Below the pieces are notes generated by a model. The model did no database searches. It was given only the letters and a program-made list of their open reading frames with translations, and was not told where the DNA came from. A stretch of DNA of 64,000 nt from a virus (Duplodnaviria > Heunggongvirae > Uroviricota > Caudoviricetes): the IMG/VR virus record IMGVR_UViG_3300016484_000447, positions 23,773 to 87,772 of that record. One strand, 5' to 3'. The translations under genes and the position numbers were made by a program. Shown piece after piece: positions 1 through 9,987 of this stretch (positions are counted from its first letter, which is position 1; every line of letters starts with the position of its first letter).

Positions 1-535
1 ACAACGTCGAGTACGCCTACCGCGCAGAAGCCCTTGGATGGCCTGTCGAGGATGGCTGGTCTGGGAAGATCGGCCCGTACCGGATGGTCGCAAAAGCCAT
101 TCAGATCATAGGGGCAAAATACAAGTGAGCAACGCTGTAATTCGCGTTGCGCTTGAAACCCGGCTGAAGCGTATCGCTTCGACAGTGAATCCAGTCCCTC
201 CAATCGCATTTCAGAACGCGGCTTTTGACAAGCCCACGTCTGGTGTGTGGCTGGAGTGCTTCATGATTCCGTCTGCGACCTTCGACCGCGAGACTCGGGC
301 GCAAGGCAAGACATTCATCGGAATGTTCCAAATCAACGTCTGGCAACAGACGGGCCTAGGCATGAGGGCTTCTGAGTCGGTCAGCGACTCTATCATGGCA
401 GGGTTCCCATCGGCGTTGAAAGACCCGAAGTACCCGAAACTCACAATCACCGGGGTTTCTACTGGTGGGGCGTTGAATGATACGTCTGGCTGGGTAGCAG
501 TTCCGGTGCTAGTCAACTACCGATACGACTCGTAA
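1..535 (+). CDS. phage structural protein (tail-terminator/tail-completion-like); start uncertain, frame is open to window edge
   Basis: 165-aa ORF from ATG 38, but the same frame has no stop back to nt 2, so the gene may begin upstream. Position immediately upstream of the major tail protein module; no recognisable catalytic motifs. Confidence 0.4.
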   Translation, partial: QRRVRLPRRSPWMACRGWLVWEDRPVPDGRKSHSDHRGKIQVSNAVIRVALETRLKRIASTVNPVPPIAFQNAAFDKPTSGVWLECFMIPSATFDRETRAQGKTFIGMFQINVWQQTGLGMRASESVSDSIMAGFPSALKDPKYPKLTITGVSTGGALNDTSGWVAVPVLVNYRYDS

Positions 536-543
536 GGTTTGAA

Positions 544-903
544 GTGGCAGTAATCGTTCAGACTTTCGATGCGAGGCTGTCCAAAGCTCCGGTGAACCTC
601 ACGTTGACAGCGAAGAACAACATCGCTGACACGTTCACGTACTACCCCGGAACCCGGCAAGTGTTTGCAGCGTACAACACGACTGCAAACGACAAGACCG
701 TGACGTTTGTCGGCTCTGCGCCGGTCCCGTTCACACCGGACGGATTCGGGGCTCCAGTAGACACGTCTGCTGGGAAGTCGATCACCGTTCCTGCGAACGG
801 TTGGACAATTCTCGACCTCGATGACATCTGGCCCTACCTAGCAGGTAGCGGCCTGTGCTCGGCAACCGGGGGAAACGGCCTCATGGTTGCGTTGTACAAC
901 TAA
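544..903 (+). CDS. small structural protein, paralog A (ends ...ALYN)
   Basis: GTG start. 119 aa. Clear paralog of the next ORF (shared MAVI..Q, GPVNLT, PANGWT..LDDIW, ALYN-COOH). Position between tail-terminator-like gene and major tail gene. Confidence 0.5.
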   Translation: MAVIVQTFDARLSKAPVNLTLTAKNNIADTFTYYPGTRQVFAAYNTTANDKTVTFVGSAPVPFTPDGFGAPVDTSAGKSITVPANGWTILDLDDIWPYLAGSGLCSATGGNGLMVALYN

Positions 904-920
904 CCTGAAAGACAGAAACA

Positions 921-1283
921 ATGGCAGTCATTGCTCAAAACACTGGCGTCGATGGCAAGGGCTCGAACGGCCCCGTCAACCTGACCCGGACAACCCTGAC
1001 AGCTTCTGACACGCTGACCTTCGTGCAAGGCAGCAACCAGAACCTGCACCTCTACAACACAACCGCTGCCATCGTCAACGTGACGCTGGTTGGCACAGCG
1101 CCTACCACACTGTCCCCGGACGGCTACGGTGGCACTCTCTCGACTGCTGGTGGCAAGGTCATCGCAGTCCCCGCAAACGGCTGGACTGTTGTCGAACTTG
1201 ACGACATCTGGGCCTTCCTGACAGGCACAGGCGTTGTGACCGTGACGAACGGCACTGGCGTTGTGGCTGCTCTCTACAACTGA
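921..1283 (+). CDS. small structural protein, paralog B (tandem duplicate of 544..903)
   Basis: 120 aa. About 45% identity by eye to the upstream ORF over full length, same C-terminal ALYN; T/G/V-rich beta-like composition. Confidence 0.5.
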   Translation: MAVIAQNTGVDGKGSNGPVNLTRTTLTASDTLTFVQGSNQNLHLYNTTAAIVNVTLVGTAPTTLSPDGYGGTLSTAGGKVIAVPANGWTVVELDDIWAFLTGTGVVTVTNGTGVVAALYN

Positions 1284-1303
1284 TTCCCTGAAAGGATACA
1301 CAA

Positions 1304-1741
1304 ATGGCTGTGATGACCACTGCCGGTTCCACCTTCGGTGTGACCGCAACTGCCCCTGGCACCTACAACGCTGCGGGCTTCAACGCCCTCTCCTTCACCT
1401 CTGTCGGCGAAGTGACCGACATGGGCGAGGTGGGACACGAGTACGCCCTGGTGAACCACAACTCCATCGCCGTCCGTCGCGTGCAGAAGCTGAAGGGCTC
1501 CTACGACGCTGGCGCGGTGACTCTGCAATTCGGTCGTGACTACACCGACGCAGGCCAGACCGCTCTGACAACCGCCCTGGCGGCAGACACTTCCGTTTCG
1601 TGCCGCGTCACGCTGCAAAACGGCAAGAAGCTGTACTTCACGGGTCTGGTGACTTCGTTCAAGACGAACGTGGGCCAGAGCGACCAGATCACCGCAGCTT
1701 CCTGCGTGATCGAACTGACCGGCGACGTGCTGGAAGTCTAA
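1304..1741 (+). CDS. major tail (tube) protein, siphovirus/GTA-like small type
   Basis: 145 aa. AAAGGA RBS. Composition and motifs (GEVTD..G.E...AL.N, KLKGSYDAG...F.GLVTS) typical of ~140-aa Phage_tail_2-type major tail proteins. Located directly upstream of the G/GT chaperone pair and tape measure. Confidence 0.65.
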   Translation: MAVMTTAGSTFGVTATAPGTYNAAGFNALSFTSVGEVTDMGEVGHEYALVNHNSIAVRRVQKLKGSYDAGAVTLQFGRDYTDAGQTALTTALAADTSVSCRVTLQNGKKLYFTGLVTSFKTNVGQSDQITAASCVIELTGDVLEV

Positions 1742-1856
1742 TCTCAGCAATGAGAGTGCGCAAGTGGGCGAAAGCCCCTTGCGCTTTTTTCGACTCTGGG
1801 GTACACTAGAGCCTTCAACAACATTCGTCCACCACACAAGCACGAAAGGATACACC

Positions 1857-2300
1857 ATGACCCAATCTCTCGACCTCGCTGCCATCGGCCTCGCCCTGAA
1901 GGACACCTTCGACCTGACGCTGAAGCATCCGATCACCGGCGATGACCTGACCGTCAAGAACAAGGCAGGAGAGCAAGAGCCCGTCAGCATCACCCTGTAC
2001 GGCACCGCGTCGAAGCAGTACCGCAACGCCCTGCAAGCCATGCAGCAACGCGCCCTGCGCCGCAATGCCCGCAAGGAGAAGCCCTCGGTCGAAGTGATGA
2101 CCGAAGAGTCGATCACCCTGCTGACCGCCTGCTCCGCTGGCGCGAAGAACCTGTCCGTCGATGGCGCTGATGTCGGCGTGGGCGAGCCCGAAGCCATCGC
2201 GGCCAGCTTCAAGAAGCTGTACGCCGACCCGCGCTTCTCGTGGGTGAAGGATCAGGTCGATGAGGCCCTGGGGGATCGCGGCAATTTTTTGTCGGCGTAA
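1857..2300 (+). CDS. tail assembly chaperone (lambda gpG analog)
   Basis: Start at MTQSLDL (AAAGGA RBS 8 nt upstream); the longer ORF from 1764 lacks an RBS. ~147 aa acidic protein immediately 5' of the tape measure gene; ends at slippery site. Confidence 0.6.
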   Translation: MTQSLDLAAIGLALKDTFDLTLKHPITGDDLTVKNKAGEQEPVSITLYGTASKQYRNALQAMQQRALRRNARKEKPSVEVMTEESITLLTACSAGAKNLSVDGADVGVGEPEAIAASFKKLYADPRFSWVKDQVDEALGDRGNFLSA

Positions 2301-2743
2301 CTGACCGTCTGAAGCTGTACGTGCGCCACCTCGCGTGGCTGCACGCTACACCTGAAGGCGCGAAGAAGTCCAGGCTGGCCTCATTCAAGGAAGCGGATGC
2401 AGAGCATCCAAGCCTTGAGCTTCCAGACATAGAAGGCGACCACAACGCGACATACGTTGTTGGGCTCCTTCACGAAGCTGGCCTCATGTCTACGAACGGC
2501 ATGGGGCCTGTTCCTCTTTCTTGGCTCGAAATCGAAGCGTGGATGCGGATGACGTGCCGCGACCTCCCTCTGTGGGAGAGGCTCACGATCAGAGAGTTGA
2601 GCGAGGAATACGTCTCCGGGCTGGTGACTGCGAAGGACAAGAACTGTCCAGCGCCGTTTGCCCCTGCACGCGAAGACGTTGACCGCGAAGCGGTTCAAAA
2701 CAAGATCATGTCTATTCTTGGCAAGCGTGTCAAGAAGGGCTGA
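1857..2743 (+). CDS. tail assembly chaperone frameshift fusion (gpGT analog; -1 PRF at 2285-2291)
   Basis: The ORF 2321..2743 is in the -1 frame relative to 1857..2300, has no own RBS or ATG, and is open back to the heptamer T_TTT_TTG (2285-2291) located 7 nt before the gpG-like stop. This is the canonical G/GT arrangement upstream of a tape measure gene. Confidence 0.55.
2285..2291 (+). other. -1 programmed ribosomal frameshift slippery heptamer T_TTT_TTG
   Basis: The X_XXY_YYZ pattern is in the correct zero-frame register (AAT TTT TTG). Downstream -1 frame is open for 150 codons. Confidence 0.55.
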
Positions 2744-2770
2744 TACGTGTAACAGAAAAGGAAGTGTCAA

Positions 2771-5700
2771 ATGACAATGGATGTCTCCAAGCTGGGGATC
2801 ATCGTTGAGTCGCAAGGCATCGACGCGGCCCGGAAGGCCCTGGACGGCGGAAACGGTCGTGGGGGTCTGGTTGGTGCGGCTGACAAGGCTGAACGCACTG
2901 TCACCAAGCTGACTGACTCTCTCGCTAAGATGGTGACGGTGAACGCCACGGGCTCTGCCCAGGCGTGGAACTCTGCCATGTCGCAGCTTGCCGTGACGCT
3001 GACGATGCTGAACGGCAATGTCAACACCCTGGGCAAGAACCTCGCGGCCCTGTCTCCTGAACTGGACAAGGCCACGGCTGCGACCAACAAGGCGGCTGCT
3101 GCGAAGCGTGAGTACAGCACGCACTCCGGGACGGCGCTGACGACTCTGAAGGCGATGACAACTGCGGCGCTGGCCTACGCTAGCGTCAATTTTGCCACGT
3201 CTATCGTCAAGCAAGCCGACTCTTGGCAGATGATGTCTGCCCGCCTGAGCAACGCCACGGGAAGCCTGCACAACGCCCAAGTGGCGCAACAGCAGATGTT
3301 CGACCTGTCGCAACGCCTGCGCGTGCCTCTCGAAGACAGCGTGAAGCTGTACAATCGTCTGGCTCCTGCCGTGCAACGGATGGGCAAGGACAGCGGGTAC
3401 GCGAAGGACATGGTTGAAGGCATTGCCACAGCCCTGCAACTGGGTGGTGCGAACGGGGCTGAAGCTTCGTCCGTCATGCTGCAACTGTCGCAGTCGTTCT
3501 CGTCTGGCGTCCTGAACGGTGCAGAATTCAACGCTGTCGCTGAGAACGGTTCCGTCCTCATGCGTGCGCTGGAGAAGTACACAGGCAAGGCGTCGTGGGA
3601 ACTCAAGAAGATGGGTTCCGAAGGCAAGCTGTCGATGCAGACGGTTGGTGAAGCGATCCAGAAGTTCCTGCCTGAGTGGCGTGAACAGTTCGACAAGCTG
3701 CCCCTGACGTTCGAGGGCGCGATGCAGCGCCTGAGCAACGCCTGGACGAAGGCTGTCGGCGAGATGGGTCAGGACACTGGGTTCAACCAAGAGTTGTCCA
3801 AGGCCCTGCGGGTCATCGAGGACATGATCCCTGCCGTGGCCCGTGGGCTCGGCGAAAGCTTCATCACCGTGATGAAGTGGGTGAGCGAGAACAAGGACAA
3901 GCTGGGCCAAATCTGGGATCAGGTTGTCGGACTCGGGAAGGATGTCTGGCGTCTGGTCGGGCAGTTCTTCGAGATGGTCGGTGTGATCGGCGGTGCTGGT
4001 GAACAGACTAGCGTGCTTGCCGCTGGCATCTTTGGCGTGCGTGCTGTCGTGGCGGCTACTGTCGATGTCGTGAAGGCCCTGGCTGCTGCGTTCGTGCATG
4101 TCGGTCTGGACATCGCTCAAGTCGTCCTGTGGCCGATCACGAAGGGCCTCGAACTGGTGGGCAAACTGGAAGAGAAGTTCGCGGACTTCTTCTCGTTTCT
4201 CGCCAAGGGCGCGGATAATGCCGGTATGCACGATCTGGCCGAAGGGCTGCGTGATGCTGCTGCAAACGCCCGGTTCACTGCGAGCGACAGCAAGGATGTC
4301 GTCAGTGCCATCGACGGCTTCATCCAGAAGTACCGCAACATGGCGGACGGCTGGACTGAAGGGCTGCGCAACGGACGTGGGGAACTGGACAACCTGCTGA
4401 ACGGCGTGAACGATCTGAAGAAGGCGACGGCGACAGTCAAGCCTATCAGCGTCATGGACGAGGAAGCGTGGAACGCCAGCAAGAACCCGAAGAAGCGGCC
4501 TGACACGGCGGCAGAGAAGGCGGCGAAGGCTGAACTCGAAAAGTTCACGAAGGCGATGGAAGACCTGAACGCCAAGTACGAAGAACAGGTCCAACTGCGG
4601 CAGCGGCTGGAGAAGTTCGGTGCTGACGCGGACAAGCTCTCCCCGGCCACCAAGACTGTCATTGCACTGCAAGAGCATCTGAACACGCTCACAGACAAGG
4701 GCATCAAGGGTGCAGCACTCGAACACGCTCAGAAGCTCCTGGCGCGTGCGCGTGAAGTCGAAACGCTTGATCTGCAAAATCGCAAGACCCAGGAAGCTCT
4801 CAAGCTCTCCCAGGCTCTCGTGGATCAGCAGTCGCAGACGACTCACGGGCTCGAAGAAGAAGCCCTGAAGCTCGAACAACAGGTTGCTACCTACGGCATG
4901 GCAAAGGGTGCTGTCGAGGCCCTGGCCCTGGCGGAAGCGAAGCGCCGGTATGCAGAACTCGACGCGACAAGCGACGGGCAACGCACCCCCGAGATGGAAG
5001 CGCGTCTGGCACTGCTCGGACGTGAAATCGTCGCACGGGAGCGCATCGCAGATGCGACAGCGAAGCTCGGCGCGATGCAAGTCTCGGACGAGTTCGACAA
5101 GCTGTTCGACCCGAAGAAGGCTGAGAAGTTCGGAGACGTGCTGGCTGAAGGGTTCGGGAACGTCGGTAAGGCCCTGGGCCAGATGATGAACTCGTTCGAC
5201 AAGTACGAAGCACGTCAGAGCAAGATCAAGAAGGGCTGGGAACTCGTCAACAAGGAAACTGACCCGACCAAGCGGGCGAAGATGACGGAGCGACTGATTG
5301 ACGAAGAGACTCAATCGCGCCTCGCATCCTACGCTGACATGGCGGGTGCGGCAAAGGGCTTCTTCGAGGAAGGCTCCCGTGGCTACAAGGCCCTGGAAGC
5401 TGCCGAAAAGACGTTCCGCCTCTTCCAGATGGCGATGAACATGAAGTCCTTCCTGCAAGAGATTGGTCTGCTGGAAGCGTCCACAGCGGCGACTGTCACT
5501 GCCAACACTACCAAGGCTGCGTCTGACGTGGCAGCGGCTACTGTGTCGGCATCGGCGTCGATGATGGAAGGCACTGCGTCTGCTGCTGCGGGCGTGGCGA
5601 ACCAAGCCAAGGGCGACCCGTACACAGCCTGGGCACGGATGGCAGCGATGGCTGCTGTCATGGCTGCTCTCGGCTTCGCTGTCGGTGGCGTCAGCGGCGG

Positions 5701-7924
5701 GGCAGATGTTGCGAAGCAACGACAAGCGTCTCAAGGCACGGGCACTGTCCTGGGCGATGCGAGCGCGAAGTCGGAGTCGATTAGCAAGTCCCTGGAACGC
5801 CTGTCGGCAAACAGCGACATCGCCCTGCGGTACTCGTCTGGGATGTTGACTTCCCTGCAAGCCATCGAGTACAATCTGACTGGTGCAACAAGCGGCGTCA
5901 TCCGTTCGCAAGGTGTCACCGGACGGGACTTCGAGGCAAGCAAGACAGGCGCAAGCGCACTGCAAGCTGCTGTCGTTGGCGGCGTCGTGGGCCTGCTGGA
6001 TCACTACCTCCTGGGTGGTGCGATCAGCAAGGTTCTCGGTTTCGGCTCTTCGACATCGCTGAAGGACTCGGGCATCGCTGGCTCTAACCAGTCGGTCGGT
6101 GACATCGTGAACAACGGCTTCGACCTGAAGGGATACCAAGACGTTCAGACCAAGAAGAAGGCTTTCTGGATCACGTATTCGGACAAGACCTCGACAAAGT
6201 ACAGCGATCTTGACCCCACAGTGAGCAAGGAGTTCGGCAACATCGTTGGCGGCATGGTGGATACACTGGTGCAAGCTGGGGAGGTGCTGGGCTTTAGCGG
6301 GGACGCTCTGCGTGCGAAGCTCGAAGCGGCGAACATCGACATCGGAAAGATCAGCCTGAAGGGCCTGACTGGTGAAGAGATTCAGAAGCAGCTTGAAGCT
6401 GTCTTCAGCGCCATTGGCGACAACCTGACCTCGCTGGCGCTCCCGTCTGTGGAGAAGTTCCAGAAGGCGGGCGAAGGACTGCTGGAGACAGCAGTGCGTG
6501 TTGCGTCTGGCGTTGAGACTGCGGACTACGAACTGGAGAAGCTCGGACTGACTTCGGTCGGTATCGGCGCCATCGCAAACACTGCGGGGGATGTCGGGGC
6601 GGAACTGGTGCGTCAGTCGATTCTGGTGGCTGAAGCTGGCACAGGAGTTGGCGAAATCGTTGCAACGCTCTCGGGCGAAGCTGGCGACATCGCTGACACC
6701 TACAAGGCTCTCGTCGGCGTGCGTACAAGCCTGCAAGGGCTGCGAATCGCAGATGACGTGTCTCGTGACCTGATTCGTGCTGCTGGGGGCCTTGACGCTC
6801 TGAAGGACGCTATCGACGCCTACACGTCGAACTTCTTCACTGCCGACGAACAGAACGCCATGAAGGCTTCGGCACTCCGCAAGGAGTTCGACAAGCTGGG
6901 TGTGGCAATGCCTGCGTCGAAGGCGGACTTCCGTAGCCTGATTGAAACGCTGTCGGCCTCTGGCACGAGCGGTCAAGAACTGGCTGTGAAGTTGATGGGA
7001 CTGTCTGGCGCATTCGCTGAGATTGCGGACGCTTACGAGACGAAGGTCGCGGACGCCCGGCAAGCTGTGACGGATGCGTATGAGCGGGAATCGCAAGCAC
7101 TGACGGACGTGAAGGACAAGTTCCTTGAGTTCGCTAGCTCGCTGCACGACTTCCGCACGACGCTGCTGACTGGCGATCTGTCCACCCTGGACGTTGCCGG
7201 AAAGTACGCGGCAGAGAAGGCCCACTTTGAAGAGGTGCTGGCGAAGGCGCAAGCTGGGGACACAAACGCCCTGGCCGACTTCGAGACTGTCGCGCAGGCG
7301 TACCTGCAAGCAAGCCGCGAAATGAATGCGTCGGGCACGCAGTACACGTCGGACTTCCAACGTGTGCTGGATGCTACTGCGATGCTTGAAGATGTGGCGG
7401 CAGGCAAGGCGACTGTTGCAGAACAGCAACTCGATGCGCTGAACAAGCAAGTCGATGGCATCATCACGGTCAACGAAAGTGTCCTGACGGTCACTCAAGC
7501 GATTGACGCCTTGAACGCACTCCTGGCCGGGGGCTTTGTCTCCGAGACTGGGCAAGACGGCAAGACGATCATGACACCGATTGACGGCTCGCACCGAAAC
7601 GGACTTGACTACGTTCCGTTTGACGGCTACATCGCAGAACTCCACAAGGGCGAAGCGGTGCTGACGGCATCCGAGAACAAGGCGTATCAGACGATGGATT
7701 ACAGCCAATACGGCAGCGGTTCGTCGGTGGCGCTGGTCGAGGAAATCAAGATGCTGCGCGAAGAGGTGAAGAATCTCCGTGAAGGCCAACGTGAACAAAC
7801 TGGGCAACTGATCGCTGCCAACTACGATGCCAATGAGCGCAACGCTCAGGCTGTCGTGGAAGGTACGCGAGATGCGGCCTCTGTTTCCAACTACGCAGAA
7901 AGGGCGAAAGCTACTCTAGCATGA
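2771..7924 (+). CDS. tail tape measure protein
   Basis: 1717 aa, AAAGGAAG RBS. Ala/Glu/Lys/Gln-rich, long predicted coiled-coil composition. Sits downstream of the G/GT pair; its stop overlaps the next start (ATGA). Confidence 0.85.
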   Translation: MTMDVSKLGIIVESQGIDAARKALDGGNGRGGLVGAADKAERTVTKLTDSLAKMVTVNATGSAQAWNSAMSQLAVTLTMLNGNVNTLGKNLAALSPELDKATAATNKAAAAKREYSTHSGTALTTLKAMTTAALAYASVNFATSIVKQADSWQMMSARLSNATGSLHNAQVAQQQMFDLSQRLRVPLEDSVKLYNRLAPAVQRMGKDSGYAKDMVEGIATALQLGGANGAEASSVMLQLSQSFSSGVLNGAEFNAVAENGSVLMRALEKYTGKASWELKKMGSEGKLSMQTVGEAIQKFLPEWREQFDKLPLTFEGAMQRLSNAWTKAVGEMGQDTGFNQELSKALRVIEDMIPAVARGLGESFITVMKWVSENKDKLGQIWDQVVGLGKDVWRLVGQFFEMVGVIGGAGEQTSVLAAGIFGVRAVVAATVDVVKALAAAFVHVGLDIAQVVLWPITKGLELVGKLEEKFADFFSFLAKGADNAGMHDLAEGLRDAAANARFTASDSKDVVSAIDGFIQKYRNMADGWTEGLRNGRGELDNLLNGVNDLKKATATVKPISVMDEEAWNASKNPKKRPDTAAEKAAKAELEKFTKAMEDLNAKYEEQVQLRQRLEKFGADADKLSPATKTVIALQEHLNTLTDKGIKGAALEHAQKLLARAREVETLDLQNRKTQEALKLSQALVDQQSQTTHGLEEEALKLEQQVATYGMAKGAVEALALAEAKRRYAELDATSDGQRTPEMEARLALLGREIVARERIADATAKLGAMQVSDEFDKLFDPKKAEKFGDVLAEGFGNVGKALGQMMNSFDKYEARQSKIKKGWELVNKETDPTKRAKMTERLIDEETQSRLASYADMAGAAKGFFEEGSRGYKALEAAEKTFRLFQMAMNMKSFLQEIGLLEASTAATVTANTTKAASDVAAATVSASASMMEGTASAAAGVANQAKGDPYTAWARMAAMAAVMAALGFAVGGVSGGADVAKQRQASQGTGTVLGDASAKSESISKSLERLSANSDIALRYSSGMLTSLQAIEYNLTGATSGVIRSQGVTGRDFEASKTGASALQAAVVGGVVGLLDHYLLGGAISKVLGFGSSTSLKDSGIAGSNQSVGDIVNNGFDLKGYQDVQTKKKAFWITYSDKTSTKYSDLDPTVSKEFGNIVGGMVDTLVQAGEVLGFSGDALRAKLEAANIDIGKISLKGLTGEEIQKQLEAVFSAIGDNLTSLALPSVEKFQKAGEGLLETAVRVASGVETADYELEKLGLTSVGIGAIANTAGDVGAELVRQSILVAEAGTGVGEIVATLSGEAGDIADTYKALVGVRTSLQGLRIADDVSRDLIRAAGGLDALKDAIDAYTSNFFTADEQNAMKASALRKEFDKLGVAMPASKADFRSLIETLSASGTSGQELAVKLMGLSGAFAEIADAYETKVADARQAVTDAYERESQALTDVKDKFLEFASSLHDFRTTLLTGDLSTLDVAGKYAAEKAHFEEVLAKAQAGDTNALADFETVAQAYLQASREMNASGTQYTSDFQRVLDATAMLEDVAAGKATVAEQQLDALNKQVDGIITVNESVLTVTQAIDALNALLAGGFVSETGQDGKTIMTPIDGSHRNGLDYVPFDGYIAELHKGEAVLTASENKAYQTMDYSQYGSGSSVALVEEIKMLREEVKNLREGQREQTGQLIAANYDANERNAQAVVEGTRDAASVSNYAERAKATLA

Positions 7925-9987
7925 CTATCTCGGACGCACAATACACCGCTTGGTTGAAAGACCAGAATGCGGTGCGCTGCGTCCTTGTCGAAGTCACGGT
8001 CGGTTTGGCAGGCGGCGGGACAGCAACCCGCTACCTGTCGAACAAGACCTATGTCACCGGGGCATCCGATGTCCCGGCGCATACCCCGTACTCGGCAAGG
8101 ATCACTGGCGGCATCAAGTTCACGAAGAGCCTGTCCCTTGATGGACAGGCTTCTTTGTCGTTTGGAGACATCGAACTCATCAACACCGATGGCTCGATGG
8201 ACTCGTGGCTGGGCGACTTCTGGGTCAACCGCCCGATCACCTTCTACCTGGGCGACCCGTCGTGGCCCCGGGCAGACTTTCGTGTCGCCTTCTCTGGCGT
8301 CACGACTGGCATTGACACGCGCAAGCGTGATCGCATCAACATCAAGCTGAGTGACATGCTCCAGCGTCTGAACAACCCGGTGACAGAAGTCAAGGTTGGC
8401 GGGACTGGTGCGCAAGCAGAATCACTCCTTCCGCTGTGCTTCGGTGAGTGCCACAACATCACGCCTGTCCTTGTCGATGCGACGGTCAACGAGTACCAAG
8501 TGCATCAAGGTGCAATCGAGGGTGTGATCGAGGTCCGCGACAATGGTGTGCCGGTGGCCTTCAGCCAAACCCCTGCTACCGGAAAGTTCCGCCTCTCGGC
8601 GAACCCGGCAGGCACCGTGACGTGCAGCGTCCAGGGGGCACTGATCCCAAGCAGCCAAAGGCTTCTCACTGCGATGGACTTGTCCGCAGCCCCCTGGGTG
8701 CAGACGAACTTGACATCTATCAGTGTCACGACTTCCGCAGGGGCTCCGTACCTTGGGTCCAGTGTCTACGCAATGGTCCCTAACGCGACAAGTGGGCAGC
8801 ACTTCGTCAGGTCCGATGTCACTGTGACCCCGGGTGCGACCACGGTCCATCAGGTGTTCGTGAAGGCTGGGGCGGCGACGAAGTTCGAGGTGTTTGTCCA
8901 GGGCCTTGAATCCTCTGCGACAGCTACCGGCGTGCTGCAATTCTCCAACGGGGACTTCACGGTGTCGGTGGATTCGGCGATGACCACGGCAGGCGGGACT
9001 ATCACAGCAGCCTACGCGACGAAGCTGAGTGGCGGCTGGTGGGCAATCACAATGATTTGCGCGCCGGATTCTACGTCTCCCACGCGCAGGTTCCGGGCGA
9101 AGACCTATTCTTCGGCTGGCGTTGCCAACTTTGCAGGGGATGCTTCGACGGTGTACGCATATTTGGCATCTCCGTTTGCGGCTGTGGGTACATGGCCTGT
9201 GCTCCCTGGACCGAACAACGAGGCTCTCACCGGCCCCGTGTACCGCAACAACGTGGTGGACATCATCCGGTACATCACCGAAACCTATGGAAATGCAACT
9301 CAACGCTTCACAGACCTTGACTTTGACAGGGATGTCATGGTACAATATGGTCTTCAGAACATGCAACCTGTCGGGTTCTACCTGAGCGACCGGCAGAACG
9401 TTCTTGACGTGTGCAACAAGCTGCTCTCGTCTTCTGGCGGGCGGCTGTACGTCACAACGGCTGGCAAGGTCGGTGCGGTCGAGTTGAACTTGCCGCAGGC
9501 GTCTGCCGGTACGGCTGTCAAGAGTACGGACATGGTTGACCGCTCGCTCGAAATCAAGCAGTTGGCACCAGTCGTTGCGTCGGTGAAGATCGGGTACTGC
9601 AAGAACTGGACAGTCCAGACGGGGCTGACAACTGGCATCGTCCCCGAGCATGTGTCGCTGTACGCCGAAGAGTGGTTGACGCAAACAGCCACTGACAGTG
9701 CAGCAGTAACGAACTACAACCTGTACACCGACCCGACGATGATCGAGACGTACCTTCTGACGGCTGCTGACGCGCTGGCTGAAGCGCAGCGTCGGTTGGG
9801 CATGTTCAGCACGCAACGGAAGATCATCAAGTACACGGGGTTCTATCACCTCCTGTACGAGACTCTCGGTGCGCCACAGACGCTGACCCACAGCCGGTTC
9901 GGCTTGAGCGGTGGCGTCACAGGGCAGATCGTTTCAATTTCTGTGGACTTGCTCAGTCCGCACGTAGATTTCGAGGTACTTGTGTAA
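7921..9987 (+). CDS. tail tip/distal tail protein (large)
   Basis: 688 aa. Start overlaps the TMP stop. The N-terminus follows a pattern common to distal-tail proteins that follow tape measures. Stop overlaps next start (TAAATG). Confidence 0.55.
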   Translation: MTISDAQYTAWLKDQNAVRCVLVEVTVGLAGGGTATRYLSNKTYVTGASDVPAHTPYSARITGGIKFTKSLSLDGQASLSFGDIELINTDGSMDSWLGDFWVNRPITFYLGDPSWPRADFRVAFSGVTTGIDTRKRDRINIKLSDMLQRLNNPVTEVKVGGTGAQAESLLPLCFGECHNITPVLVDATVNEYQVHQGAIEGVIEVRDNGVPVAFSQTPATGKFRLSANPAGTVTCSVQGALIPSSQRLLTAMDLSAAPWVQTNLTSISVTTSAGAPYLGSSVYAMVPNATSGQHFVRSDVTVTPGATTVHQVFVKAGAATKFEVFVQGLESSATATGVLQFSNGDFTVSVDSAMTTAGGTITAAYATKLSGGWWAITMICAPDSTSPTRRFRAKTYSSAGVANFAGDASTVYAYLASPFAAVGTWPVLPGPNNEALTGPVYRNNVVDIIRYITETYGNATQRFTDLDFDRDVMVQYGLQNMQPVGFYLSDRQNVLDVCNKLLSSSGGRLYVTTAGKVGAVELNLPQASAGTAVKSTDMVDRSLEIKQLAPVVASVKIGYCKNWTVQTGLTTGIVPEHVSLYAEEWLTQTATDSAAVTNYNLYTDPTMIETYLLTAADALAEAQRRLGMFSTQRKIIKYTGFYHLLYETLGAPQTLTHSRFGLSGGVTGQIVSISVDLLSPHVDFEVLV

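Noticed and set aside
1764-1856. Upstream extension of the gpG-like ORF (MGESPLRFFRLWG...)
   Set aside because: No RBS before 1764, it overlaps the intergenic region after the major tail gene, and a good AAAGGA RBS precedes the internal ATG at 1857.
2381-7807. 1808-aa ORF on the minus strand antisense to the tape measure gene
   Set aside because: Arg/Leu/Val/Gln-rich low-complexity translation typical of the antisense frame of a high-GC gene. No RBS; would overlap three well-supported plus-strand genes (G, GT, TMP) whose order is canonical.
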